A stretch of 64,000 bases of DNA from Octopus vulgaris (Eukaryota): assembly GCA_951406725.2 (NCBI GenBank), contig OX597818.1, positions 62,000,001 to 62,064,000 of the forward strand, read 5' to 3'. Of the stretch, positions 14,309 through 28,188 are shown one piece after another. A model generated the notes under the pieces. The model did no database searches, was not told the DNA's origin, and saw only the letters and a program-made list of their open reading frames with translations. Position 1 is the stretch's first letter. Every line of letters starts with the position of its first letter. Position numbers and translations under genes: made by a program.

Positions 14309-15482
14309 CGGTTAATTTGCTCGGAGTCTGGTTCGGTCCGGATCTTCAAATGGAGATCCGGAGAAATAACGATTAGGGTGGTCACTCTCACCCAACAATC
14401 GGCCGAGAAGAAGCTACCCCTAAAAGGTCGGGTGGAGGTGGCAAACGCGTACATCGCATCCGTCATCGATTATCGTCTGACCGTCGTGCCTTGTCCCGAC
14501 CCTACCGTCTCCAAACTGGAACGCATACTCTTCCGCTTCTTGTGGAAAGGAAGCGTTCCAATGGTTAGGCGATCCATTTGCTGTCGACACCCGCTAAATG
14601 GAGGGCTAGGCATGCCGTGGTTGATGATGCGCAGACATGCGCGGAGATTGCGACATCTCCGGCGCTTCATAGACGACGGTGAACAGGTGTGGTCGGCGTT
14701 TGTGCGGCGCGCTATCCCGCAGCACGTCTCTTTGACCGAACTGCAGTCATGGATCAAACAGAGACCGAGGCTAGGTGAATGGCACCGCGAATGCCATCTT
14801 GCTCTTAAGTACCCCTGCCGTCCAGGACCAAACTTGTGCGACTTCAACTCCACAAAGCGTTCTGTAAAGGACTAGTGTAGGGGAGGTGCGACGACGCTTT
14901 CAGGCAGAATCTGGGCGTCGACGAGGAACAGCTGACCCGCCTGTTCAGGACAACTTTCGGGCCGGGACCTATGGACAATCACCAAAGATCTCTGGCCTGG
15001 CAGTGCTATCGAGAAGCATTATCCGTTCGGGATAAGCTCTACAGGCACGGTTCGAGACACACCGGACCGACTTGACCGAGATGCGGTCAGATCCACGAGA
15101 CCATTCTGCACGCACTCGTGCAGTGTCCATCCATTTCGGACCTGTGGGCTTATGCCGAACGGCTGCTGTCACGCGTGGAACGAGTCCGCCTGCCGGCAGA
15201 GTCTGTCCTGAAAATTGCTCCGCTACCTTCACGTAACCGGGAAGGCAAAACAGTCTTTATCGTACTGGTGGCCATGGCGAAAGAATGTGTGTGGCGGACT
15301 CGAGCGAAATGATTAGAGACAAACACTTACCTCTCTGGCCAATCGCTCATCAACTGAAAAGGAAGGTGAGAATAGAGAGGTAAGTTTTGTCTTGTGAAAG
15401 ATTCATTAAAAGGTGGGTGAATGTAGCAAAGATGGTGCGTGCGAGTGACGAAACCACTTTGAGCATGATCCTGTAAATCGAA

Positions 15483-15526
<44 letters not shown>

Positions 15527-15783
15527 ACTTTGCTCTCATGTGTTTATTCCCTCCCTGCCTGAGGTTACCGTGGTCTTTTCTGTAGGCTTTTCTTTCCACG
15601 GATAAACCTAATCTTGTTTCTTACTTTTTAAAAATTTCTTTCTGTGATACACGATCCCTTTTGATCGTTTTTCTTTCTCATAATCCCCTTTGATCGGAAT
15701 TTTATTTTTCTCCTTTTTTCGAAAAGAAAAGCTCTGCATTGTATTTTGTCCCCTCTGTGTTCGGCTCTGTGTGGCTAAAAAAA
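14309..15783 (+). mobile_element. 5'-truncated Tx1/L1-clade LINE: post-RT region, CCHC zinc finger and 3' UTR
   Basis: LLGVWFG; LPLKGRVEVANAYIAS..LERILFRFLWKG..NGGLGMP; *PRCGQIHETILHALVQCP zinc finger; stops and frameshifts; flanked by (ATCT)n on both sides. Confidence 0.88.
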
Positions 15784-15797
15784 TCTACCTATCTATC

Positions 15798-15950
<153 letters not shown>

Positions 15951-16104
15951 ATATCTATCTATCTATCTATCTATCTATCTGTCTGTCTATCTAATGCTAA
16001 ACCTTGAATACTGTATGAACTTCGATCCCTGTTGACATGTCAATACTATATCAATATGGCTACTTAATTTAAGTCCTGATTTAAGAGCTTAAGGGTTGTG
16101 ATAA

Positions 16105-16173
16105 CGCTTTGGTGTAGTGGCTTGCGCGGCTATACAGTTTTCAACAGACACTGCGTTCGAATCCTGCGAGCGA
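16105..16173 (+). other. Solitary tRNA-like sequence (pseudo-tRNA or SINE head)
   Basis: TGGTGTAGTGG A box and GTTCGAATCC B box with CGCTT/GAGCG ends; anticodon arm irregular. Confidence 0.4.
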
Positions 16174-16533
16174 TGTTACAACTCCCTCAGTCTCTCATGC
16201 GCGCCTGTGTACGCGCGTGCATGCGTATACATACACATAAAAACAACCAGCGTTAGATGTAAACATTGTCGGCGAAAATGAAAACACGGACGCTGTCGAA
16301 GAAGAACGAAAGAAAATCTCTGTGTGACATTTGCTTCGTCGCGTTGCACAGGCAATGTTTTGTAACTGTGGTCGTCAGAAGTATACAGAGACACAGTAAT
16401 TGGCCTGTTTGGAGACCCGTAGCCCACAATGCTATTGTTCACAACATGCGATATAAAATATCTTAGAATAAATAAAGAACTACAAAGATTTCTTATATCA
16501 CCACAATGGCGACGGATGTTGGAAAAAATTATG

Positions 16534-16584
<51 letters not shown>

Positions 16585-17002
16585 TTAATAATTTTCTTGT
16601 CGTTGTTGTTTCAGGAAAACTCTTAAAGATGCGAATCGTATACGTGTATTTGCACATTTGTGTGTATGAGTATATATATATATATACGCATACGTTTATA
16701 TATAGGCGTGTATATGCGTGGCTATTTGTGTAATTATACACACAGACATAGCGTAATGGGTGACTTTTAGCTTTGTTAATCCATTAACTGTCAACTTATT
16801 AAAAGAGGTTGTGGTTTTAATAATAATGATAATAATATTTTCTTGTCTGAAAAAGTTAAAGGTTACGTAGCTAAGTAGCGATTTGTTTGTCTTAAGACAC
16901 CGCACGCCTTGTTTTGAATAATGGATGGTGCATTTGTCTTCATAGTCTGCGAGTCGCCATTTACCATATACGTGTATGTATATATGTATGTATTTATGCA
17001 TG

Positions 17003-17034
<32 letters not shown>

Positions 17035-17390
17035 TATATAGTACTGAGACAGAGTGAGAAGGGGAGCAAGAGAGAAATACACATATTCTCCACTAACTAA
17101 CTGGGAATTTAAATGTCTTTATAAAATCGACAACTTGCAATGACCAAAATGACAGTCTGATTGGTATGTAAGGAGAGAGAGAGAGAAGGAGAGAGGGAGA
17201 GAGAGAGAGAGAAGAGAAGAGAAGAGAAGAGAAGAGAAGAGAAGAGAAGAGAACGAGGGAAGAAGTTAGCTGAGTTAAATGGCTGGCTGATCGGTGGGTC
17301 GGTCGGTCGGTTGGTCGGTCGACTGGTTGTTTAGTTAAAACATCATTCAGAACAAGAACGAGTGTTTGAGGAAATAGACAGATAGGTAGA

Positions 17391-17446
<56 letters not shown>

Positions 17447-17644
17447 CGCGTGCGCGCGTGTGTGTGTGTATGTGTGTGCGTGCGTGCGTGTGCGTGCGTG
17501 TGTGTGTCTGTGAATGTGTGTGCGACGTGTATATGCATATATATATATATATTTATGTATATACATATATATATATGTGTGCAAGCACATGCATATATAT
17601 ATACATATATATACATATACATACATACATATATATATATATAA

Positions 17645-17709
<65 letters not shown>

Positions 17710-18172
17710 TACATACTCATGTACATACATATATGTCTATATACACACGAAAGAAGAGAGAGAGAGAGAGAAAGAGAGAGGCGAAGAGAAAGAGAGAGGA
17801 AGTGTGTATGTGTGTGGGAGGACAGTTGAGCTGACAACCACTCCTGTAATCTGGTAATGTGTTTCATAGAGAACTATCTGAATGGAGCCTCAACTTTCCT
17901 TGATCAGCGATTATAATATAAATTTGACATTTCTTTCTGGTAGCTGAATGGCTGGGAGACGGATGGTGGCGGGTGGTGGCTGGCTGGCTGATTGTGGTGC
18001 TCTACACAATGTCACAGGATGGTCTCAGCTGGCGATTTAACAGCCAGTTATCGGCTATGGACTTGCTCCATTTAAGGTGAGAGTTAAATTCCAATAAATA
18101 ACATTGGAAATGCAATCTTTTGCTATAGATTTATAATAACAAGAACGATAATAACCATGATGATGATGATGA

Positions 18173-18246
<74 letters not shown>

Positions 18247-18253
18247 ATGATAA

Positions 18254-18818
18254 TAAATGCCCTGGTGCAATACCAGGCAGTGGCTCTCGTGGCTTCTGAT
18301 CTTAACTGATTGGAAGTGTTATCATGTACATTGTTTTGTCTTGGTATAAAAGATGGGTTTTACAGCAATTATTCTGCTCAATACCACAGATTCGCTTGTC
18401 AGTTGTTTGACCGTAACCAGTTGAGCATGTCCCTTAGTGGCTGACAATATGTGCATCTCTGATCATGAGCAGAAGTAGTGGGGGAGCATCATAGCCATGT
18501 GTTGAGAGGGATTCTTTGGGGTTTGAATAATTCACCTCTGGAAACATAGGTGTTTCGTTCAACATCCTTAAACAACCCTTATTCAGGGACCTTTTGAGCG
18601 GAATGGGTTACTCAACCAGGAGAAAATTCTAACTGGGCCCCACCTGCAAGGTCATGTGCTGTTTATCTTGATATGAGATCACCATGTCGCACACATATGG
18701 TTGTGATGCATGTGCCTAGTGTACCCTTATCAGACGGGTAGTCATGATGGTTATACTGGGCTTCGTATATTTTACCCCTGTGTCACTTTGATGGCATGCA
18801 CTGCTCTCTCACTCAATA
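18254..18818 (+). mobile_element. ~560-bp non-coding repeat in AAT repeats, copy 1
   Basis: AAATGCCCTG..CTCTCTCACTCAAT; near-identical to 19203-19763. Confidence 0.85.
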
Positions 18819-18819
18819 A

Positions 18820-18863
<44 letters not shown>

Positions 18864-19143
18864 TGGTGAGGACAATGATGATGATTATGATGATGATGAG
18901 GATCATGATGGTGTCAAAGTTTGGTACAAGGCCAATAATTTTTGAGGGGAGGGGTTAAGTTCATTACATCGATCCCAGTATTCAGCTGGTACTTATTTTG
19001 TCGACTCCGAAAGGATGAAAGCCAAAATCGACTTCAGAGAAATTTGAGCTCAGAACGTAAAGACGGACGAATTACCGCCAAACACTTTTTACGGCATGCT
19101 AACGATTCTGTCAGCTTACTGACTTAATAATAATAATAACAAT

Positions 19144-19202
<59 letters not shown>

Positions 19203-19207
<5 letters not shown>

Positions 19208-19761
19208 GCCCTGATGCAGTACCAGGCAGTGGCTCTCATGGCTTCTGATCTTAACTGATTGGAAGTGTTATCATGTACATTGTTTTGTCTAGGTATAAAA
19301 GATGGGCTACAGCAAATATTCTGCTCAATACCACAGATTTGCTTGTCATTTGTTTGACCTTAACCAGTTGAGCATGTCCCTTAGTGGCTGACGATATGTG
19401 CATCTCTGATCACGAGCAGAAGTAGTGGGGGAGCATCATAGCCATGTGTTGAGAGGGATTCTTTGGGGTTTGAATAATTCACCTTTAGAAACACGGGTGG
19501 TTCTTTCAACATCCTTAAACAACACTTATTCAGGGACCGTTTGAGCGGGATGGGCTACTCAACCTGAAGAAAATTCTAACTGGGCCCCACCTGCAAGGTC
19601 ATGTGCTGTTTATCTTGATATGAGATCACCATGTCGCGCACATATGGTTGTGATGCATGTGCCTGGTGTACCTTTATCAGACGGGTAGTCATGATGGGTA
19701 TATTGGGCTTCGTATATTTTACCCCTGTGTCACTTTGATGGCATGAAATGCTCTCTCACTC

Positions 19762-19763
<2 letters not shown>
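19203..19763 (+). mobile_element. ~560-bp non-coding repeat in (AAT)n, copy 2
   Basis: Same 5' and 3' boundaries as copy 1; (AAT)n on both sides. Confidence 0.85.
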
Positions 19764-19796
<33 letters not shown>

Positions 19797-20496
19797 CAAT
19801 AATAATAGTAATGGTGGTGGTGGTGGTGGTGGTGATGATGTTGATGATGATGGAGTCAAGGGCTGTGGAAACATTTAGGACAATACAAATACAAAACTGA
19901 GAATTCTTTTAAAGAGAAACGTGTAAACAACGAAAAAGATTAACAACTAAAAACAAAACATAAAAATCTGACAGGGGGTTTCCTTAATGGGTGAAAAAAT
20001 GCCCCCTCTCAGGGCTTACCAGAAGCCGAGCTACCCTGCTCATCAGGAATACCAAGACAAATGATCCTGACTCCTTCATACTCCTCTGTCTACAAGCATT
20101 AGCGTAGAGTAAGTCCACTCACTTAAGCCATCCTCACCCCATTCCCCCACCACGCTACAAATTTTACCGAGGGTGGGGGTGCACATCCCTCTCAACCCTC
20201 ACATTCCTTTTCGATTACAATAAAATCATACGACAGCAGCTATAATTGTTTGATTTTAGTGTATGTATTCAAAATGGGATGCAAGTCTGCGGAAACGTCA
20301 TGCAACACCAACCAATTAATTAATTAAGGGACCATCTGATTAAGGGAGCATCAACAAACCCACTATTCAACATTGGTTCTATAGATTTTAGAGTCTAGAC
20401 TCTGCGAGGTTGAAAGTCAGAAGAGGAGGACGTTTGCAAACGATCTTCTACGACTGGAAAATGACCAACTGCACGCCATTATTGATACACGTATAA

Positions 20497-21290
20497 GGAA
20501 ACGAGCTGGTAGAATCGTTAGCACGCTGCGCGAAATGGTTAGCGGTATTTCGTCTGCCGTTACGTTCTGCGTTCAAATTCCGCCGAGGTGGACTTTGCCT
20601 TTCATCCTTTCGGGGTCGATTAAATAAGTACCAGTTACGCACTGGGGTCGATATAATCGACTTAATCCGTTTGTCTGTCCTTGTTTGTCCTCTCTGTGTT
20701 TAGCCCCTTGTGGGTAGTAAAGAAATAGGTATTTCGTCTGCCGTTACGTTCTGCGTTCAAATTCCGCCGAGGTTGACTTTGCCTTTCATCCTTTCGGGGT
20801 CGATTAAATAAGTACCAGTTACGCACTGGGGTCGATATAATCGACTTAATCCGTTTGTCTGTCCTTGTTTGTCCTCTCTGTGTTTAGCCCCTTGTGGGTA
20901 GTAAAGAAATAGGTATTTCGTCTGTCTTTATGTTCTGAGTTCAAATTTCGCCGAGGTCGACTTTGCCTTTCATCCTTTCGGGGTCGATTAAATAAGTACC
21001 AGTTGCGTTCCCTCCCCTAAAGTTTCAGGCCTTTGCCTAGAGTAGAAAAGATTATTGATATACGTGAAGGCGGCCGCACTGGCAGAATCGTTAGCACGCT
21101 GGGCAAAATGATTAGCGTCATTTCGTCTGTCTTTACATTCTGAGTTCAAATTCCGCCGAGGTCGTCTTTGCTTTTTATCCTTTCGAAGTGGATAAAATAA
21201 GTACCAGCTGCATACCGGGGTCGATATAATCGTCTGGCTCCCTCCTCCAAAATTTCAGTCCTTGTGCCTCTAGCAGAAAGGATTATTGAT
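20497..21290 (+). mobile_element. SINE family B cluster: head plus three core modules, then a second monomer
   Basis: Modules starting GTATTTCGTCTG at ~20545, ~20729 and ~20913; new head at ~21068. Confidence 0.9.
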
Positions 21291-21654
21291 ACACGTGAAA
21301 CAACTAAAGAGGTTACTGAATTAAAAGCAGGTCATATACTTGTTGTTTTGGATTGTACCACAGGGGAAAGTTAAGAAATAGGAAAGAAAAACGTCAACGA
21401 ATGGCTATCGCAAATGTTAGATGAAAATAAAAAATATAAATCGTCGTTACAAATCTGTGCTGCACCTTTTGCGCATAAAAATACGATCTATTTATTGATC
21501 GGATTAAGAATAACATATGGCAACGTATTGTTGAGTGACTGAATCGAGATGAAACACTAAACAATCTCTCAATCTGAAGGTGCATCAAAATGTTGTTATG
21601 GCATTTATTTGGTGGTTGACAAGTGATAGCATTCGTTTCTGATCTTTGAATCTT

Positions 21655-22035
21655 CGTGAAACCATCCCAAAATAGAAGTATAATTAGGAAGTCAACGAAA
21701 TGTGTCACGAAGTTCAACGATTACGTCCAGTATTGTTAAAAGAAAAAGACCAATCCTTCTCCATGATAACACCCGATAGCTCAGAAATGTGTACTGGGAG
21801 AAGGGATTCTATCTTACACAGCTTTATCCTCAAACCCCTCTTCGATTCACAACTATTTTTGAAGCAACTCGCTAACTTCCTAGGGAAAATGGTCTAAGCA
21901 GTGACTCAAAATGGCATTGAAGAATTTATTAGTTCTAAAACTTCAATATTTTACGCAACCGAAATAAAAACCAAAAGACTTGTTGCTTGTTAGTAAAAGG
22001 GTGTCATTCTGAAGGTTATTATTTTTATGAATAAC
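21655..22035 (+). pseudogene. Mariner-type transposase C-terminal remnant
   Basis: Frameshifted motifs QRLRPVLL..PILLHDNTR (~LLHDNARPH), LFLKQLANFL, EEFISSK..FYAT, ending GYYFYE*. Confidence 0.75.
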
Positions 22036-23159
22036 ATTCAATCTGAGCTACGATACACTGCATTAAAGTTGATGATTAACTTTGCACCAATCTAATAAGG
22101 CACATCAGATAGTTCTGGATACACTGATGCTGAAATTGAGATGGAGTGGTCTCATCTAAAACTTTGAGCAGAGGTCTGCTCAATCAGGAGCTAAACAGCG
22201 ACGAACAAACATTTTGTGATCATTTTAATCACTTCAAACATTGATGCACGACCGAAACCCTTGAGCGGAGGATTGCACTAGCGATTTCTTTATTTGCATC
22301 TAGAATCCCAAATAATCAAATAAACTAGTGAAGACAAGAAATTTTAGATACACACACACACACACACACAATTAAAATGTAAATGACATACGTAATATTA
22401 AACTGCTAGAAAAACAGGAAAGACAGCTGTCGATCCCCTTACGGTTTTGATGGTTAAAGGGTTTGTGTCGATTGTTTCCGGTGGAGAGGTAAAATTCAGA
22501 AAGACTCTTATATTTTTCTCGTTCGAGATCAGAGATGGCATTGAGGACACAAGAATGATTAAAGCAAAACTTATTTTAGCTGCATTTAATTTTTATATTT
22601 ATTCTCTGTTCGTAGTTTGCATTGCGTTGAGTGAGAAACTTATTTTTAATTCGAAATTGCTATTCTTTAAGATGCTATCGTAGTAGTTATCTACTCTGTT
22701 GAGTTTCGGTTTGTCTGAAAATGTATTAGAAATTCTTTCCCATATCTTTAATTACGTTCTTGAAGGTGATAAGAGTGTCTTTACAATTTCTGTTGATTTA
22801 ACGTAAGCTTTTCATTGAGTTTTCTGTGTGGTTTGTAATCACTCGTGTAATCTAAGATGACAGACACACAAAAAGGCTGCCAATACTTATATCGGTAGTT
22901 ACAGTCATGCCAAGTCCTAATTCTATACAAGTAAATGCAACATTTAAAGAGTGGATACGATAACGAAATCAAAAGCCATTTTGTCAAATTGTTCATGTTT
23001 AGTTTTTGATTGGATGTCACAAGATTTTCTCTTGTTGCCCCTAAAAAATACATGCTAAGAACAAAACATTCCACGACGGTCCCTGGAAGAAAAAGTAATG
23101 GGCTCCCGTTTCACTTAGAGGCGATTAATACTTGGTCTACTTACATTAATTTCATCATT

Positions 23160-23332
23160 TACGGTATTTACATTATTTACATTTGACTGATATTTGTCCT
23201 CATCTTGTTTATTGTTAACACAACATTTCGGCTGATATACCCTCCAGCCTTCTTCAGGTGTCTTGGGGAAATTTTGAACCTTGCTTTTCATTCCTAAGGT
23301 ATTTATCGATGTTGTTGTTGTTGTTGTTGTTG

Positions 23333-23403
<71 letters not shown>

Positions 23404-23528
23404 GTTATTATTATTATTATTATTGTTATTATTATTATTATTATTATTCAGGTCACTGCTTGGAATCCAACTCGAAATCTTGGGCTTTGTAGACCGCGCT
23501 CTTAACCACTATGCCATATGCCCGTGGA

Positions 23529-23591
<63 letters not shown>

Positions 23592-23762
23592 CAACAACAA
23601 CAACATCGAAAAATACCTTAGGAATGAGAAGTCAGGTTCGAAATTTCCCCAAGACACCTGAAGAAGGCTGGAGGGTATATCAGCCGAAATGTGTTAACAA
23701 CAAACAAAATGAGGACAAATATCCGTCAAATGTAAATAATGTAAATAATGTAAATGATGTAT
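23160..23762. mobile_element. HHR-SINE locus 3: full minus-strand copy (23160-23523) plus headless plus-strand copy (23527-23762)
   Basis: Long inverted repeat; both arms carry GACAC-CTGAAGA-AGGCTG..CAGCC-GAAATGT; tRNA-like head at ~23450-23523 on the minus strand. Confidence 0.88.
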
Positions 23763-24169
23763 ATAATTCCTTATCTCTTAAAAATATAGAACTATGCTTG
23801 GTCTACTTGTTCCATACAGATATAGTTTACCTCAATGAAAATACATCTGAATTCGAGGTGTCCATTTCTATAAACGCTCAATTTTGTAAGAAGAGGTGTT
23901 AACAAGGAAACAAAAAGTAGGGGTGACAAGCTATCATCTCACATGATGCCTTCTGGGTAACACACAACGTCGGATTCAATTTGTTTTCTTATTGCCTGCC
24001 TTTGAGAATAATACAAATAATAATAAAAAGATTTGTATTGGTATTATGCGTTGAATAACTACAACCAATGGCTGTAGAACTTTGTAACTTTGGTTAATTT
24101 TAACAGTTTGATAATCCATCCATGTAGTTTACGAATAAATACATTTTGGTAATCCAAACACACTATATA

Positions 24170-24400
24170 TTTCTTTACTACCCACAAGGGGCTAAACACA
24201 GAGGGGACAAACAAGGACAGACAAACGGATTAAGTCGATTATATCGACTCCAGTGCGTAACTGGTACTTAATTTATCGACCCCGAAAGGATGAAAGGCAA
24301 AGTCTACCTCGGCGGAATTTGAACTCAGAACGTAGCTGCAGACGAAATACGGCTAAGCATTTCGCCCGGCGTGCTAATGGTTCTGCCAGCTCGCCGCCTT
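24170..24400 (-). mobile_element. SINE family B monomer
   Basis: Reverse strand AAGGCGGCGAGCTGGCAGAA..GGGTAGTAAAGAAAT. Confidence 0.9.
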
Positions 24401-25329
24401 GATCCAAACACACTATAGTCATGTTTCTGCGATTCTTAATGGTTTTACCTCTACCATTTATCTGTAGAAGAAGAAGTTTGTTTCCCAACCAGTTGGTTCC
24501 GGGTTCAGTCCTAATGCATTATACCTTGAGCAAGTGTTTTCTCCTTTCTACTATAGCATCAGTCATACCTTCTATTCGGTCGACTAAATATTGTTTAAGG
24601 TCGTGCTCCAGCTTGGCCACAGTCCAATGACCGATACAAAGAAAGCAAAAAATAGAAGATAAAAGGAAAATACATTTTGATTACTTTATCAGGTTTTATA
24701 ATGTTGGAAAGACAATAATCCTATGAAAACAGATTAAAGCATTAGCATGTATCACATACACAATGTATTAGCAGGTTATTTTAGCTTCGGTGGTTTCGAT
24801 TTTCTTTGGAATGAAAAGAGCAGCGACGATGTCAACCGTTTGGACCCTTTATACGTACTCCGCCATGATTTTTCGACACACGCTTATCAAATTTCGGCGA
24901 CAGAAGATGAGATCTCCCGACCAATATCTTCGTTATCAAATATGGGCCTCGGGATTTCTGGCTTTGATTTTTGTTAGATTCCGGTACGTATGCACGGATG
25001 TATGTATGTATGTATGTATGTATGTATGTATGTATGTATGTATGTATGTATGTATGTATGTAGGTGTGTGTTTGTGTGTATGCTGGGAATATACAATGAG
25101 ATTTTGTCAATTGATGTAACGTAATAGGTGTGTACTATGAGTGTTCAGTTTTGGTTACCACTAACACTCCGGCTTGAACTACAACGGAAAAGTGTGCTGT
25201 TGAGACTGCCTATCAAAGCTGGCTGGAAGTGGCTTCTCTTTGAGCAGATTAAAATAAAGAGTATAAAAGGAAAGCATTTGGCGTCACTCGAAAAAACATT
25301 CGATTTAGAAAATGTATGTATGTATGTCT

Positions 25330-25430
<101 letters not shown>

Positions 25431-26455
25431 AACGCACTTGTGTATGTACATACTAATATATGCGCTTGTGTGTGTGTGTGTGTGTAAGAATGTGTGTTGT
25501 GTCGTAGAAAAGAATATAAACACGGGAGAGAAAATCAATACAGCGATACTTTAGGAGCGAATTGTTTAGATACATTGAGTTACGGACACTCCTTTGTCAT
25601 TCTTACTGTCAGAATGACAGATATTCTCTGTTTAGTTCGTTAAAAACCTCTATTTTACGAAGCTACTGCACACAAATTGTGATATAAAATTATATGAAAT
25701 AAAATAACAGCAGACCCGATTATTTTCAATTACTGAAATCACTTGACTTCAAATTAGAGGTGTATACATCTAGTTCCTTCCCAATGAGACTATAATGCAC
25801 TAAATCAGGTTCTTTAAGGTCACATCTCTGAAGATGGTCATTTGCGCGATTGAATCTCCAGTTAATTTGGCCTCCCTCGGTGATCATGGAGCTATGAAAT
25901 GATGCTTAAAGTGTAGATTTTTCTTACTACTGATATATCTCCGGAGTAGATAATTTCATACGAAAAAAGGAGAGAAAATATTTTAAAATTTAAAATCCTT
26001 CTGTGGCTTTTTAGACCCATACCCACACCTACCAACATAAATGCATACGTGACATTTCCTCACACACACTGACACACACACACGCACACACACATACACA
26101 CATATTTACATACACATGTATATTTATACTTGTATTTAAGTATATATATATATATATATATACTTAAAGTATATATATATATATATATACTTAAATACAT
26201 GTATAAATATACATTTCTATGTATATTTGTATATATATATGTATATATGTGTGTGTATGTCTGTATATACCTACATGTCTATATATATGTGTGTGCGTTT
26301 GTGTGTTCATACATATATGTATGTATAGTTATGTATACAGACGCAAACACGCACATACATATATATATATATGTACATAGAAAAAACACATTCATACACA
26401 CATAAATACATGCATACATACGTGTATACATACATACATATATGTTTATATATAT

Positions 26456-26492
<37 letters not shown>

Positions 26493-27922
26493 GCACACAC
26501 ACATATATATATGTACACACACACATATATATATATATATACACGATGCAAATAAGAACGCTTTTTTCCTCTTCTTCTGATGTAATAGTATATTTATTAT
26601 TCAGAGACGTAGTTACTGTGTGATGCTGCACAGGAAAAAAATGTATTGCTGATAGCTAACTGTTTTTTTTCTTGGTAGTTTATTAGGAAAATACGAAAAA
26701 TAAACCCCAAAAATATTAAAATGACGTACCAAAATAAACACCACCACCACCAACAAATTCAAAACAAGATGCAACAACCAGTCTCACCCCCACCACCTCC
26801 ACCACCACCATCACCAACAACAATAACTAAAAACATAACCCACAGGATTTTATTTTATATGTGGATTGCTAAGTTTCTTATAACGTAGTGTACAATATTT
26901 TGGTTGGTTATCATGTCTTCTCACGAAGGGATCTAATTTTGCTGATGTGAATACAAAATTTGCGCTAAAGAATAAAACAAACAAAAAAATCAACAATTTG
27001 TTTTGAAAGTATTTTGCGATCTGTTTATCTGTTTCTTTCCTTTTCTCCCTCTCGCTTACAATTTTTTGTTTTTTGTATCAAAAAGAGACTTTATTTTCTA
27101 GCAGATAACATTCACTTTTCCAGAGTTTGAAAAGATAAAATTTAAAAATCAAATATAAATAAAAAAAATATCAGCAGAAACCGTTTGTTGTTATCTAAAC
27201 ATTCGGTTCTTTAGAAATATAGAAATTAAATTTAGTGATCAGAACTTATGAAATTTTCAAATAGTGATGAAACGCCTTAAGCGGGTAGATTTTAAAAAAA
27301 AACATTTCTTGTCCAAAATCATATCACCATACCTGCAACAAAATAAACGTATATGATACATTGGCTATTGTAATTTGTAAAGAGCTATAAACTTTTTTGT
27401 TTTTCTTCTTCAGAGTACTTAAATCCTGTACGTTATTGCGATGACAGTGAATTAAACGACGCCAGCAGGATTTGAATGGACCCCAAGACCAGAAGCAACG
27501 AATTTGATATTTTAGCTGTCATATAAATTCGTTCGTTTTATTTTAATTGGCACTCAGTCGTCATATGTCTGAAAAGATATAAAAATTTATTCAAATTTGA
27601 AATAAAAAAGAAACAACGAACAAAAGTTGTAGAAGAAGAATGATGCTATAAGAAAATCGGAATACATTATGATAAAAATGTATTATGATAAAAACACTTT
27701 TCATAATTAATAGAACGAATGAATTTATCTGACAACCAATAATTTAACACGGTGTTCCTCATAGGAGAGGAGGCTCCATCCAAAGAGGCAGAGTCTGAGA
27801 GGAATGGCAATTAAAGTAAACAAAATGCCGTGCTTAATATATTCAAGATGGCTTCCATTTACTTAAACTCGTCCAACGCCATGACGAACAAAGCAGAATT
27901 AAATGGATGAGATCTCTAATTT

Positions 27923-28134
27923 GTACATTATTTACATTATTTACATTTGATGGATATTTGTCCTCATCTTGTTTGCTATTAACACAACGTTTCGGCTGAT
28001 ATACCCTCCAGCCTTCATCAGGTGTCTTGGGGAAATTTCGAACATTGGTCGGCATTCCTAAGGGCATATGGCATAGTGGTTAAGAGCGCGGGCTACTAAC
28101 CCCAAGATTCCGAGTTCGGATCCAGGCAGTGATC

Positions 28135-28188
<54 letters not shown>

